Origin: Minisyncoccota bacterium
GTDB lineage: Bacteria > Patescibacteriota > Minisyncoccia > Phycocordibacterales > UBA918
Reading direction: 5' to 3'
Length of the DNA stretch: 64,000 bases
Assembly (NCBI GenBank): GCA_022841645.1
Contig: JALHRC010000005.1
Span: 2,804-66,803 of the forward strand
Below the pieces are notes generated by a model, which saw nothing but the letters and a program-made list of their open reading frames with translations, had not been told where the DNA came from and searched no databases. This document shows positions 39,525-48,922 of this stretch, piece after piece (within the stretch, counting starts at the first letter, position 1; the number at the start of each line of letters is the position of its first letter). The position numbers and the translations under genes were made by a program.

Positions 39525-40616
39525 TTACTGACCCGTCAGAAATGCGTGGACAACGGCTTCGACGTCGGCGGGAGTTTCGGTGGCCATAAGTGCGCTGCGC
39601 AGTTCGGCAGCACCAGGGAAACCACCCACGTACGCTTTGTAGTGCTTCTTCATGGTGGCAAAGTTTTTAAAAGGCAGAAGTTCGCAAAATAGTCTCGTGT
39701 GTTCGCACAGTACCAAGAGGCGTTCGCGTAGCGTCACGTACTCTACACCCGCTTCACTGGTGTCGTGTTCCATTATTGTGTCGCGATTGACGCCATGGGT
39801 CGGCAGCGCCGTAAGGCGCGTGGGTAAACGACGCGTTGGATGAAAAAACCACGGGTTCCCAAACATTGCGCGGCCTACCATCGCACCGTCGGCACCGGAA
39901 AGCTGCGCTTTCCGGTGCCCGTCCTCAAGCGAAAGCACATCCCCATTCCCGATAATTAGCGTATTTACGCCAAGGCTATTGCGGATCTCGACCGCGCGCG
40001 CCACCCGCTCCCAGCGCGCCGGTACCTTGCTCATCTCCTTGCGCGTACGGGCGTGAATGGTGAGGGCGGCCGGTGCAGAGGCCAAGAGGTGCGGAATCCA
40101 TTCTTCAAGTTGATCTTGATTGTAGCCAATACGCGTTTTGACCGAGACCGGAATGCCATCTACCTCCCCCATGCGGGCGCCGCGTTTGGCGGCTGCAATA
40201 ATGTCACTCGCTACCCGCGGTGTTTTAATCATCGCTGCCCCGCACCCCTGCTTTTCAATCGAAGCGTCCGGGCAGCCCATGTTGATATCGACACCATCAA
40301 AACCCAGCTCACGACACAGTGCCGCTGCGTATTCCATATGACCCACATCACTCGAGAAAAGCTGTGCCACAATCGGCCGCTCTTCATTGGTATAGATAAG
40401 GTCAGCCAGCAGTTTTTTCTTCCCCTCCGGGGTAGCGCGCACGAGGCCATCGGCCGAGACAAACTCGGTCCACATGACGTCGGGTCCTCCCACAGTGCCG
40501 TCAGTACGCTCGTGCGCGCTGTATTTGGCAATCAACCGCCGAAACGGCGCGTCGGTGACGTCAGCCATCGGCGCCACAACGACAAAGGGTTTTGGTAGCT
40601 TTTCCCAAAAATTCAT
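39525..40616 (-). CDS. dus: tRNA-dihydrouridine synthase
   Basis: APMADVTD, DINMGCP, VSVKTRIG, IHART, GNGD. Confidence 0.92.
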   Translation of the reverse strand: MNFWEKLPKPFVVVAPMADVTDAPFRRLIAKYSAHERTDGTVGGPDVMWTEFVSADGLVRATPEGKKKLLADLIYTNEERPIVAQLFSSDVGHMEYAAALCRELGFDGVDINMGCPDASIEKQGCGAAMIKTPRVASDIIAAAKRGARMGEVDGIPVSVKTRIGYNQDQLEEWIPHLLASAPAALTIHARTRKEMSKVPARWERVARAVEIRNSLGVNTLIIGNGDVLSLEDGHRKAQLSGADGAMVGRAMFGNPWFFHPTRRLPTRLTALPTHGVNRDTIMEHDTSEAGVEYVTLRERLLVLCEHTRLFCELLPFKNFATMKKHYKAYVGGFPGAAELRSALMATETPADVEAVVHAFLTGQ

Positions 40617-40757
40617 AGGGGTACTGTACGGTGAATGCAATAAAAAGCAAGTATTTAAAGGTCTTTCCGGGTAAAAGTGTTTGACTTATAGTAAAAAACT
40701 GTTATTATACTTTTGCAACAACATCGTTGCAGCCCGCAGGATGTCAGGAGACACGAG

Positions 40758-41150
40758 ATGGGTGCTTTGTCACATGAACTGCTCGACCGAGGGTTTTTCT
40801 CCGCTCTCGGCACAACTGAGCGCGCAAGTTTCCCGAACGGGGGATACCTGGTGGAGCACAAGGGGCCCTACACCTGGGACACCAACAACGGGGTTCTGGT
40901 CGTTTACGATGAGGAGGGGCGACCGTGGCTGAGGCGCACCATGACCAGTGAGGGACAGCCTTTCGTCGAGTCGGATGCGTGGCGAAAAATCTGCTCGTGC
41001 GTTCTCGTCGACAGCGCCTGGAGCAGGAACACCAAACCGGAACTGACTCGGGGTGCCTACGTTCCCCACTCGAATGATGGCGGCCTGTTCCTGAAGGCCC
41101 TCGAGTTACTCTTCCAGGCAGGCAAGCGGGAGCTCATGATCAACCGCTGA
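40758..41150 (+). CDS. Hypothetical protein
   Basis: TTGACT promoter at 40681, AGGAG SD, terminator downstream. Confidence 0.6.
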   Translation: MGALSHELLDRGFFSALGTTERASFPNGGYLVEHKGPYTWDTNNGVLVVYDEEGRPWLRRTMTSEGQPFVESDAWRKICSCVLVDSAWSRNTKPELTRGAYVPHSNDGGLFLKALELLFQAGKRELMINR

Positions 41151-41212
41151 TAGACCCCCAACAGATGCCGCAGCCGCCCCCGGCATTTCTAAGTGGGCGG
41201 CATTTTCGTTTT

Positions 41213-42193
41213 TTAATTTTCCTCCGTACTAAAAATCGCCGTAGCAGCTTGTAGCTCATTAGTGAGGGCAACATCTTCATCCACCGGTATTGTCGCCATC
41301 ATCTCGTTGGTAGTGCTCGCTGTACTGGAGGCAGCCAAGAGTGAGACGTCCACCTCACTTACATACACTTTATTACCAAAACGTAGGTCGATGTAGTGAA
41401 AGTCACTTTCGCGCAGGTGCGTGAATTCTTTAGCAGCTAAAATGGTATGGAGATTGTCAGCGACCTGCTTGGCTGGATCCTTAAGCGTCACCCGCAGCTC
41501 GCCGCCGGTCGTAAGACGATAGTACACGTCTCCCACCGCATCGACCTCCACCGCCGCCACATATAATTCATCTTCAGCTAACAGCTCGACAAACGTAATG
41601 GTATTCCAAAACTCATCAAGCGACAGCACCACTTGACCTAGCTCGGGCGCGGCCGCAGCACTGCGATAACGGACAAAGCTTCCCCCTTTTAGCTGCGGCG
41701 CTGGGGCAAAGGCATACCCTTCGTCATTTATAAATAGACAGCTACCGTCACTCTGGATTTCCGCCTCAATACACCACAGCGCAAACGGACGATGCTCATT
41801 GTAGCTAATATGGAGCTCGTTCTTTCCTCTGCGATCGATTACCACATCACGTATGCGCTCGACCTTCTCCACCTCAGCCAGCATGGCGGCCTGCGGATAA
41901 AAGAGAAAAAACCGTTTGGGGATGAGGGCGCTGTAGGTACCCTCAAGCACCGTCTCTGCACGCATCTCCACTTCGGAGGCATCAATGGTTTCGCCGCCAG
42001 AGGCAGTAACGCTTGTCAAAGTGAGTGACGGAAGGCGAGTGAGCTGATAGATCCCTGTAATCACTAACGCCAGCGAGGCAAGAACACCGACACCAATTAC
42101 TGTTTGCTTTATCAACACTCGCGCCGTTGGAGAGAGCTCAAAGCGCTTTTTTGGTGGTTTGGTAAGTGGGCCAAGGTTTTTTGGCATTGGCAC
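41213..42193 (-). CDS. FtsQ/DivIB-like cell division protein
   Basis: TM, POTRA-like region, YIDLRFGNKVY. Confidence 0.75.
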   Translation of the reverse strand: MPMPKNLGPLTKPPKKRFELSPTARVLIKQTVIGVGVLASLALVITGIYQLTRLPSLTLTSVTASGGETIDASEVEMRAETVLEGTYSALIPKRFFLFYPQAAMLAEVEKVERIRDVVIDRRGKNELHISYNEHRPFALWCIEAEIQSDGSCLFINDEGYAFAPAPQLKGGSFVRYRSAAAAPELGQVVLSLDEFWNTITFVELLAEDELYVAAVEVDAVGDVYYRLTTGGELRVTLKDPAKQVADNLHTILAAKEFTHLRESDFHYIDLRFGNKVYVSEVDVSLLAASSTASTTNEMMATIPVDEDVALTNELQAATAIFSTEEN

Positions 42194-42299
42194 TAGCTTA
42201 CCACGCTAGAAGAAGGCTTTTAAGCGAGGGTTGGCGGCAATTCTTGCCCAGACTACATTCAGTACGATTGGTTTGTAGTTCGAGTTGCAGGCAGGACCA

Positions 42300-42339
42300 T
42301 GGCTAGTACCGTTATCATATATGATAACGGTACTAGCCA
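42300..42339. repeat. 40-bp perfect palindrome overlapping serS stop
   Basis: TGGCTAGTACCGTTATCATA|TATGATAACGGTACTAGCCA. Confidence 0.9.
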
Positions 42340-43592
42340 ATATGAGCTTTTCCTAAATACTTCTGGAGTGCCTCCGGCACCTTGATAGTGCCATCAGCCT
42401 GCTGGAAATTCTCCACGAGTGAGACAAGGATGCGCGGCGTGGGAATGGCGGTGCAGTTAAGCGAGTGGGCGTAACGCATCTTCCCTTCCTTATCGCGATA
42501 GCGAATGTTGAAACGGCGGGTCTGAAAATCGTGGAAGTACGAGGCAGAGCTGATCTCGCGATATTTCTGCTCGTCTGGCACCCACAGTTCGATGTCATAT
42601 TTCTTCACTTGCCCCTGACCGATGTCACCACCACAATTTAAGACCGTGCGGTACGGGATACCGAGTGATTCGATAAACTCTTCGGTATTACGATTGATCG
42701 TCTCGTGCCACTGCACACTCTCCTCGTGCGAGGCTTCGCAGAGCACGACTTGCTCTACCTTGAAAAATTCATGGACACGGATAAGCCCTTTGACGTCTTT
42801 GCCGTGGCTCCCCGCCTCACGCCGGTAGCAGGGTGAGAAGGCCAGGAATTTAATCGGAAACTGCGCGTGGTCGAGTACCTCGTCGGCAAAGTAGCCCATG
42901 GTAGAGACTTCGCTCGTGCCAATCAGGTAGTCGTCGTCTTGCGTGCGGTAGACGTCGTCGGCATCATTGGGGAGATGTCCCGTGCCATAGAGATTGCTCT
43001 TGCGCACAATCGACGGCACCAGGAGTGGATCAAAACCTTTCGTCTGAAAAAACTCATTGGCGTAATTCCAAATAGCCCAGGAGAGACGCGCTCCGTCACC
43101 AAGGAGGTAGTAGCCGCGGAAGCCGTGTACTTTCGTACCGCGTTCAAAGTCCACCATCTTATGTCGGACCATCAGTTCGGTGTGATCGAGGGGCGTGAAG
43201 GAAAATTGTGTCTGCTCACCCCAATTTTTCACCTCCACGTTATCGGCGTCGCTGTCGCCATCAGGGACCGACATGTCGGGGATGTTCGGCACCTGGAGCA
43301 TGAGCGCCTGCCACTCCTCCATAATTGGTTTGACCTTTTCTTCCTCGGCTTGGATGTCGGCTTTGAGGGTTTGCATCTGTGTGATCAACTCCTCACGCCG
43401 CGCGCTGTCGGCCTGCGCGATTTCTTCAGAGACTTTATTTTGCTCGGCCTTCTTGCCCTCAACGGCACTTAAAAGCGCGCGGCGCTCATCATCGATAGAA
43501 AGCAGCCGATCAATATCGACCTTGATCTTTTTCTTCCGTGCCGCCTCCTTCACAAGATCAGCATTCTCCCTGATGAATTTAATATCGAGCAT
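42333..43592 (-). CDS. serS: Serine--tRNA ligase
   Basis: MLDIKFIREN, GTSE, CYRREAG, RVHEFFKVE, EISSAS. Confidence 0.97.
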   Translation of the reverse strand: MLDIKFIRENADLVKEAARKKKIKVDIDRLLSIDDERRALLSAVEGKKAEQNKVSEEIAQADSARREELITQMQTLKADIQAEEEKVKPIMEEWQALMLQVPNIPDMSVPDGDSDADNVEVKNWGEQTQFSFTPLDHTELMVRHKMVDFERGTKVHGFRGYYLLGDGARLSWAIWNYANEFFQTKGFDPLLVPSIVRKSNLYGTGHLPNDADDVYRTQDDDYLIGTSEVSTMGYFADEVLDHAQFPIKFLAFSPCYRREAGSHGKDVKGLIRVHEFFKVEQVVLCEASHEESVQWHETINRNTEEFIESLGIPYRTVLNCGGDIGQGQVKKYDIELWVPDEQKYREISSASYFHDFQTRRFNIRYRDKEGKMRYAHSLNCTAIPTPRILVSLVENFQQADGTIKVPEALQKYLGKAHIG

Positions 43593-43634
43593 ACGCGGCT
43601 ATATATAAAAGTGTATGCGAAAGATTATACATGA

Positions 43635-43958
43635 AAAAAGAAAAAAGCCGGGTCGAGGGATGCGCTGCGGCAAACCCCCTTCCCGGCCTGCCAGCGAATT
43701 TCACGCCGACATTTTTACCATTTGACCGGCTAGCTTTTCTGGCCGCCGGAACTCTACTATGTAGTAATTTGCTTTGACTCTCTACCCGAGCTTACCACCC
43801 CGTCGGGCGGCGTCTGGCTGCTACAGGTCGGGTGAGGGCGCAACTCCCCTTCTTGCACGCCCGTGAAGTGCCGCTTTAGTAAGCAAGCCACCTTCCGGGA
43901 CTTGTCGTAGCCGCTGCAGCGACTAGTGAGGACGACGGTCCAGAATGATCACCTCACA
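43635..43958 (-). ncRNA. Candidate ~320-nt structured ncRNA of unknown family
   Basis: TTGACT-16-TATAAT upstream, many stems with G-U pairs on minus strand, terminal hairpin plus U-tract, no ORF of 60 aa or more. Confidence 0.55.
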
Positions 43959-44016
43959 TCCTTATTATACACAATCAACTACAAAAGTCAATAGGCAGAG
44001 TGCTACAATAAAATCA

Positions 44017-44889
44017 ATGGTGTTTGAGACCATTACCAAGCTTCTTCCGAGCGAGTGGCCACCTGCCTTCGCCCCACTGTTTGAGACGCCCGAACCACCG
44101 AAAGAACTGTGGGCGCTTGGTACTTTGCCCCCGCCGGACCTCACCCTCCTTACCGTCGTTGGCTCCCGCAACTACACCACCTACGGCAAGCAGGTAATCG
44201 AGCACCTCATTGGTGGACTGCGTGGTTATCCGATTGGCATCATCTCGGGTCTCGCTCTCGGGGTCGACGGCCTCGCGCACGAGGCGGCACTAGCAAATGG
44301 CCTCTATACCCTGGCGGTACCGGGGAGTGGACTGGGTGAGGACGTGCTCTATCCAGCGAGTCACAAGAAGTTAGCGGGGAGGATAGTCGAACAGAGCGGC
44401 GGCCTCCTCTCGGAATATCCACCCACGGCCGCCGCCGCGCGGTGGACCTTCCCGGCGCGCAATCGCATTATGGCTGGCCTTGCGAAAGCCACCCTGCTTA
44501 TCGAGGCCAGCAGTAAGTCGGGTACCCTCATCACTGCTCGCATGGCCGTCGACTATAATCGCGAACTCCTCGTTGTCCCTGGCAATATCTTTTCCAAAAA
44601 CTCGTACGGGGTGCACCAATTTATAAAACTCGGCGCCACGCCAGTCACTTCCGCCGAGGACATTCTCTACGCCCTTGGCCTTACCCCCGAAGAGCGCCCG
44701 CCCGTCCCATTACGTACTCTCTCACCCGAAGAACAAAAGGTACTAGCGCTCCTTAACGAACCGCGCGACCGCGATGAACTGATTCGCCTCCTCGCCCTCC
44801 CTACTGCCGAAGCCACCACCCTCCTTATGATGATGGAAATAAATGGTCACATCGCCTGCGACATCAACACCTACCGCTCACTTCGCTGA
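44017..44889 (+). CDS. dprA: DNA-processing protein DprA
   Basis: VVGSR, ISGLALGVD, FPARNRI, SGTLITA. Confidence 0.95.
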   Translation: MVFETITKLLPSEWPPAFAPLFETPEPPKELWALGTLPPPDLTLLTVVGSRNYTTYGKQVIEHLIGGLRGYPIGIISGLALGVDGLAHEAALANGLYTLAVPGSGLGEDVLYPASHKKLAGRIVEQSGGLLSEYPPTAAAARWTFPARNRIMAGLAKATLLIEASSKSGTLITARMAVDYNRELLVVPGNIFSKNSYGVHQFIKLGATPVTSAEDILYALGLTPEERPPVPLRTLSPEEQKVLALLNEPRDRDELIRLLALPTAEATTLLMMMEINGHIACDINTYRSLR

Positions 44890-44895
44890 GCCGCA

Positions 44896-46356
44896 TCAAC
44901 TCATCTGCACTCGGAGAGCGAGCTTGGTGCCAGTCGCATCGATAAATAGCAGCGCGACCGCATCACCCGACCAGAGGTCGTGAAGGCGGCGTGGCAAATT
45001 GGGGTCAACGATCAAATCACCCGAGGTACTGGGAATGGTAACAGCTTGTTCATAGTCCCAACCACCAGAGAAACCACCGGAGCGCACTCCCCCTTCGTGA
45101 AATTGAAAAAGAAGCGTGTAGGGCGAACCATCAGCATGGCGTGGCCACCCATTTCCTTGTGCCCACGCTGGCCAACCGCCCAATTTATCGCACAGAAGCG
45201 GACCAGCGTCGTCACTGTTGACGGTACTACTCGCAGTATCAGCCACAGCCGGCGCATCTTGGTCATCAGGATCTTCTTGATACTCGTCCCATCCGGTAAT
45301 CGCACCCGGAGCAATCACCGCATGTCTGTCTGCAACGGGGTCATGGAGTGTTGTGAGTCCAGTCGATTTTTCTAGTACCAAAGCACACACTCCCTCATCA
45401 CTCTCAGCAAACACCTTACAACCACGATCGGCATTGGCGCAGACAAATAGTTGCGCCAGCCCGGCAGTCGGTGACGGGAGCGGAGCCGGAATCGCTTCGA
45501 GGTCGAGTGTCAGGAGGTGTACCAAGGGCTCACCGCAGGAGCGACAACGCGGCCACTCTCCACCCGCTAGACGCAGCGCCGTCGTACCGCCTAGCATACT
45601 GTTTGCTCCATCAGAAGAACCGACTGTCGGTATAAAGACCGGTCGTGGATCGATCGTTGGGACTGGCCGCTTGGAAAGCGGTGGCGCGAGGCGCGGGGAG
45701 GGCAGCGGCGCTGGGGTAGGTACTTCGGGCAGCAGCTCTTTGTGTACCACCACACTACCATCGTGCGACACGTGCACAACCGGCACAAAACCGCTCGCCG
45801 TACGCAGCTGCAGTGAAACCAATCGGGGTTTTCCCTCCGCGTTTATTCCAGCCTCGAGGGCCAGACCAAATTGCACCATTGATAATTCGCTGTGCTGGGC
45901 GTCGAGATATTCCCGCGCCGCAGCAAGACTCGAGGCTGCACATCCAATGAGTAACTGCTGCCCGGTCATAGCTGCATTTACCACCAGTTGCAAATCTTCA
46001 TCAGACATTAGTTCTTTTGCGGGCAGTTCAATAATGGCAATCGTATCGGGATCTTGGCGCATGAGGGCCCGCAGCGCCGCTCCAAAATTAAGTGGAGCAG
46101 CCGCTCCATCCCCTGCCGGTGCCGAACGCACGAGCACTTCCCCACTACTAGTCGTGGTAACTAGAAAAACATTTTTGTTTAGAGCGGGAAAGGTGTCAGT
46201 CAGGCGCGTGGTGATCGGTGCCAACGCTTCTTTAGCACCATACACCAACACATGGGCATATCCCTGAGTGTATAAAAGAAATCGCAGCACGCGGGTAAAG
46301 TCACGCTGTGATTCGTCCTCTAGAAAATCATCAAGGGCGGTGAGATCGTTTGACAT
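44896..46356 (-). CDS. Degenerate PilB/GspE-like ATPase domain fused to DUF1963/YwqG-like domain
   Basis: LRALMRQDPD..AAMTG; WP.C..CG.PL, QLFVC, KLGGWPAWAQG. Confidence 0.6.
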   Translation of the reverse strand: MSNDLTALDDFLEDESQRDFTRVLRFLLYTQGYAHVLVYGAKEALAPITTRLTDTFPALNKNVFLVTTTSSGEVLVRSAPAGDGAAAPLNFGAALRALMRQDPDTIAIIELPAKELMSDEDLQLVVNAAMTGQQLLIGCAASSLAAAREYLDAQHSELSMVQFGLALEAGINAEGKPRLVSLQLRTASGFVPVVHVSHDGSVVVHKELLPEVPTPAPLPSPRLAPPLSKRPVPTIDPRPVFIPTVGSSDGANSMLGGTTALRLAGGEWPRCRSCGEPLVHLLTLDLEAIPAPLPSPTAGLAQLFVCANADRGCKVFAESDEGVCALVLEKSTGLTTLHDPVADRHAVIAPGAITGWDEYQEDPDDQDAPAVADTASSTVNSDDAGPLLCDKLGGWPAWAQGNGWPRHADGSPYTLLFQFHEGGVRSGGFSGGWDYEQAVTIPSTSGDLIVDPNLPRRLHDLWSGDAVALLFIDATGTKLALRVQMS

Positions 46357-46480
46357 ACGTACTTATACTACCACACAGCAAACCAAAGTGGGTCATTGCG
46401 CCACATAGCACGTAGATACACGCTTTTCTAAGTAATTATTTGACAGATATATGTAAAGTGGGTAATTGTTACAGCTATCC

Positions 46481-48874
46481 ATGAAGAAAAACACCCTCGT
46501 CATCGTCGAGTCGCCCTCAAAGGCTAAAACTATTGAAAAATACCTTGGCCCCGGCTATAAGGTGATGTCGTCGATTGGTCACGTCCGTGACCTCCCTAAA
46601 AGCAACACCGACGCAGTCGATACCGAGCATGGCTTTGTCCCTACGTATATTGTATCGCCCGGAAAGAATAAGGTGATTGCGGGACTACGTGCCGCGGCCA
46701 AAAGCGCTGACGAAGTGCTCCTGGCGTCCGACCCCGACCGCGAAGGAGAAGCGATCGCCTGGCATGTGGCAGAACTCATCAAAGACCAAAACGACAACTT
46801 AAAGCGCGTCGTCTTTCACGAAATTACAGAAGAGGCGGTAAAAAACGCCATCGCCCACCCGCGCGATCTTGATCTCAATCTCAAAGAAGCACAGGAAGCA
46901 CGGCGCGTACTCGATCGCCTGGTGGGCTACGACCTCTCGGGCCTCATCTGGAAAAAGGTGCGCTATGGCCTATCAGCCGGGCGGGTACAATCGCCAGCGC
47001 TGCGCATCGTGATGGAGCGCGAGCGACTAATTCGAGAGTTCATCCCCGAAGCGTTCTTTGTGCTGACCGCAGAGACACTCACGCCCCAAAAAACTCCTCT
47101 CACGCTTGTTTGTAGCGAGGAGCCCAAGGAGCGCAGTGAGGCCGAACGTATCGAACGAGTAGGTAAGAAGCACCCGTGGGCAGTGGCCGCCATTACCGAA
47201 AGCGAACAAGCTCGCCTGCCCCGCGCGCCCTTCACCACCTCTACCCTGCAGCAAACGGCGTCAACGCGTCTGGGCTTTTCGCCGTCACGCACCATGGGTG
47301 CGGCGCAGAAGCTCTACGAAGCTGGGCACATCACCTACATGCGTACCGACTCAACGACCCTCAGTGCCACCGCACAGAAGGATATGATTGCGCTCATTGC
47401 GAAAGAATTTGGAAAAGATTACGTCAGTCCCCGCCAGTACAAAACCAAAAGTAAGTCTGCTCAAGAAGCGCACGAGGCGATTCGACCCACCCGCGCCTTC
47501 ACCCGCAGTGCTGGTAGCACCGCCGACCAGAAGGCGCTGTATGAGCTCATTTGGGGGCGCGCTATCGCCTCGCAAATGCGGGAGGCCCGCACGCTGCGCA
47601 CTAAGGTAAGTGGCAATGTAACCGGGACGAGCGAAGCCATTCCCAACTTTGAAGTCCACGGTTCGCGCATTATCGACGAAGGCTGGCTCCGGGCCGACCC
47701 GCGCGCCCGCGGTGAGGAAGTGGAAGTACCCAAGCTAAAAGTCGGTGATCCCCTTTCCCTCACCGCACTTTCAATCGAAGACAAATTCACCCAGCCACCT
47801 AGTCGCTATACCGAAGCGGGTCTCATTAAAGAACTCGAGAAGCGCGGCATCGGGCGCCCCTCGACCTACGCTTCCATCATGAACACCATCACCGAGCGTG
47901 GCTATGTGGTGAAGGAGGGTCGTACCCTTATCCCGACCGCCACTGGTGACGTAGTCTCCACTTTCCTCGAGCAACATTTTGCCGACTACATTAGCGACAC
48001 CTTCACGAGTGAGATGGAAGACGAGCTCGATGAAATCGCTGAAGGCAAACGCACGTACGTGAAAACCTTGGAAGATTTTTATCGTCCGTTTCAGAAGGCC
48101 GTAGCAAGCAAGGAGTCGATTGAAAAACTCACCAACCTGGGGCCAGGACCAAAGAAGTTCCCCTGCCCTAAATGTGGGAGCACGATGGTGATAAAGCTCG
48201 GCAAGTCGGGCACCTTCCTTTCCTGCGACCGCTTCCCCGACTGCGATGGTGCCCGCCTTATTGACGGTAGCGAGGTCAAGCCCGAGGAACCGATTGGTCT
48301 CCATCCCGAGACCCAAGAGCCGATCTTCGTCATGAATGGTAAGTACGGTCCCTACCTACAGCTCGGCCTGACGCCTGAGAAAGTAAAAAAGGTGAAGGGC
48401 AAGAAAACTCCTAAAGTTGAGGCGGTTCCTCCACCGCGGCGCGCTGCTTTGCCGCCCAGTGTAGACCCCAGTACCGTCACGCTCGAACAAGCGATTATGT
48501 TCCTTAAGCTCCCGCGTACCCTTGGCGAACATCCCGACACGGGCGAACCAGTGGTGGCGAACACTGGCAAGTTTGGTCCTTACATCGCACATGCCGGCGA
48601 CTACCGTTCACTTAAAGGCGCCGACAACCCCTACGACATTACCTTTGAGCGCGCGCTAACGATTTTCAAGGAGCCAAAGAAAATGCGTAAGGGAGAAAAA
48701 CTTCTTAAAGAACTCGGGGTAAACCCCACCACCAAGAAAATGGTAAACGTTTTTGAATCAAAGTCTGGTCGCTACCTCAAAAAAGGCTTTCGCCGTATCA
48801 GCATCCCCGACGAAGTAAAGACTGAAGATATCACCATCGAACTTGCGATGTCACTCCTTAAGGGTGGGCGCTAA
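46481..48874 (+). CDS. topA: DNA topoisomerase I
   Basis: IVESPSKA, DPDREGE, SAGRVQ, ITYMRTD, GIGRPSTYA, Zn ribbon and C-terminal repeats. Confidence 0.97.
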   Translation: MKKNTLVIVESPSKAKTIEKYLGPGYKVMSSIGHVRDLPKSNTDAVDTEHGFVPTYIVSPGKNKVIAGLRAAAKSADEVLLASDPDREGEAIAWHVAELIKDQNDNLKRVVFHEITEEAVKNAIAHPRDLDLNLKEAQEARRVLDRLVGYDLSGLIWKKVRYGLSAGRVQSPALRIVMERERLIREFIPEAFFVLTAETLTPQKTPLTLVCSEEPKERSEAERIERVGKKHPWAVAAITESEQARLPRAPFTTSTLQQTASTRLGFSPSRTMGAAQKLYEAGHITYMRTDSTTLSATAQKDMIALIAKEFGKDYVSPRQYKTKSKSAQEAHEAIRPTRAFTRSAGSTADQKALYELIWGRAIASQMREARTLRTKVSGNVTGTSEAIPNFEVHGSRIIDEGWLRADPRARGEEVEVPKLKVGDPLSLTALSIEDKFTQPPSRYTEAGLIKELEKRGIGRPSTYASIMNTITERGYVVKEGRTLIPTATGDVVSTFLEQHFADYISDTFTSEMEDELDEIAEGKRTYVKTLEDFYRPFQKAVASKESIEKLTNLGPGPKKFPCPKCGSTMVIKLGKSGTFLSCDRFPDCDGARLIDGSEVKPEEPIGLHPETQEPIFVMNGKYGPYLQLGLTPEKVKKVKGKKTPKVEAVPPPRRAALPPSVDPSTVTLEQAIMFLKLPRTLGEHPDTGEPVVANTGKFGPYIAHAGDYRSLKGADNPYDITFERALTIFKEPKKMRKGEKLLKELGVNPTTKKMVNVFESKSGRYLKKGFRRISIPDEVKTEDITIELAMSLLKGGR

Positions 48875-48922
48875 GCATTTCATTACCTTGCCAAGCACAC
48901 TTACACTCACTAGAATGAGCAA

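Noticed and set aside
43635-43958. tmRNA, RNase P RNA or T-box assignment
   Set aside because: No tRNA-like ends, no GAGGAAAGUC, and the GGGUGGU heptamer lacks ACC and is far from the terminator; left as unknown
45353-46267. 304-aa plus-strand ORF and similar long antisense ORFs (60750-61538, 35547-36191)
   Set aside because: Ser/Arg/Pro-rich shadows of well-supported opposite-strand genes
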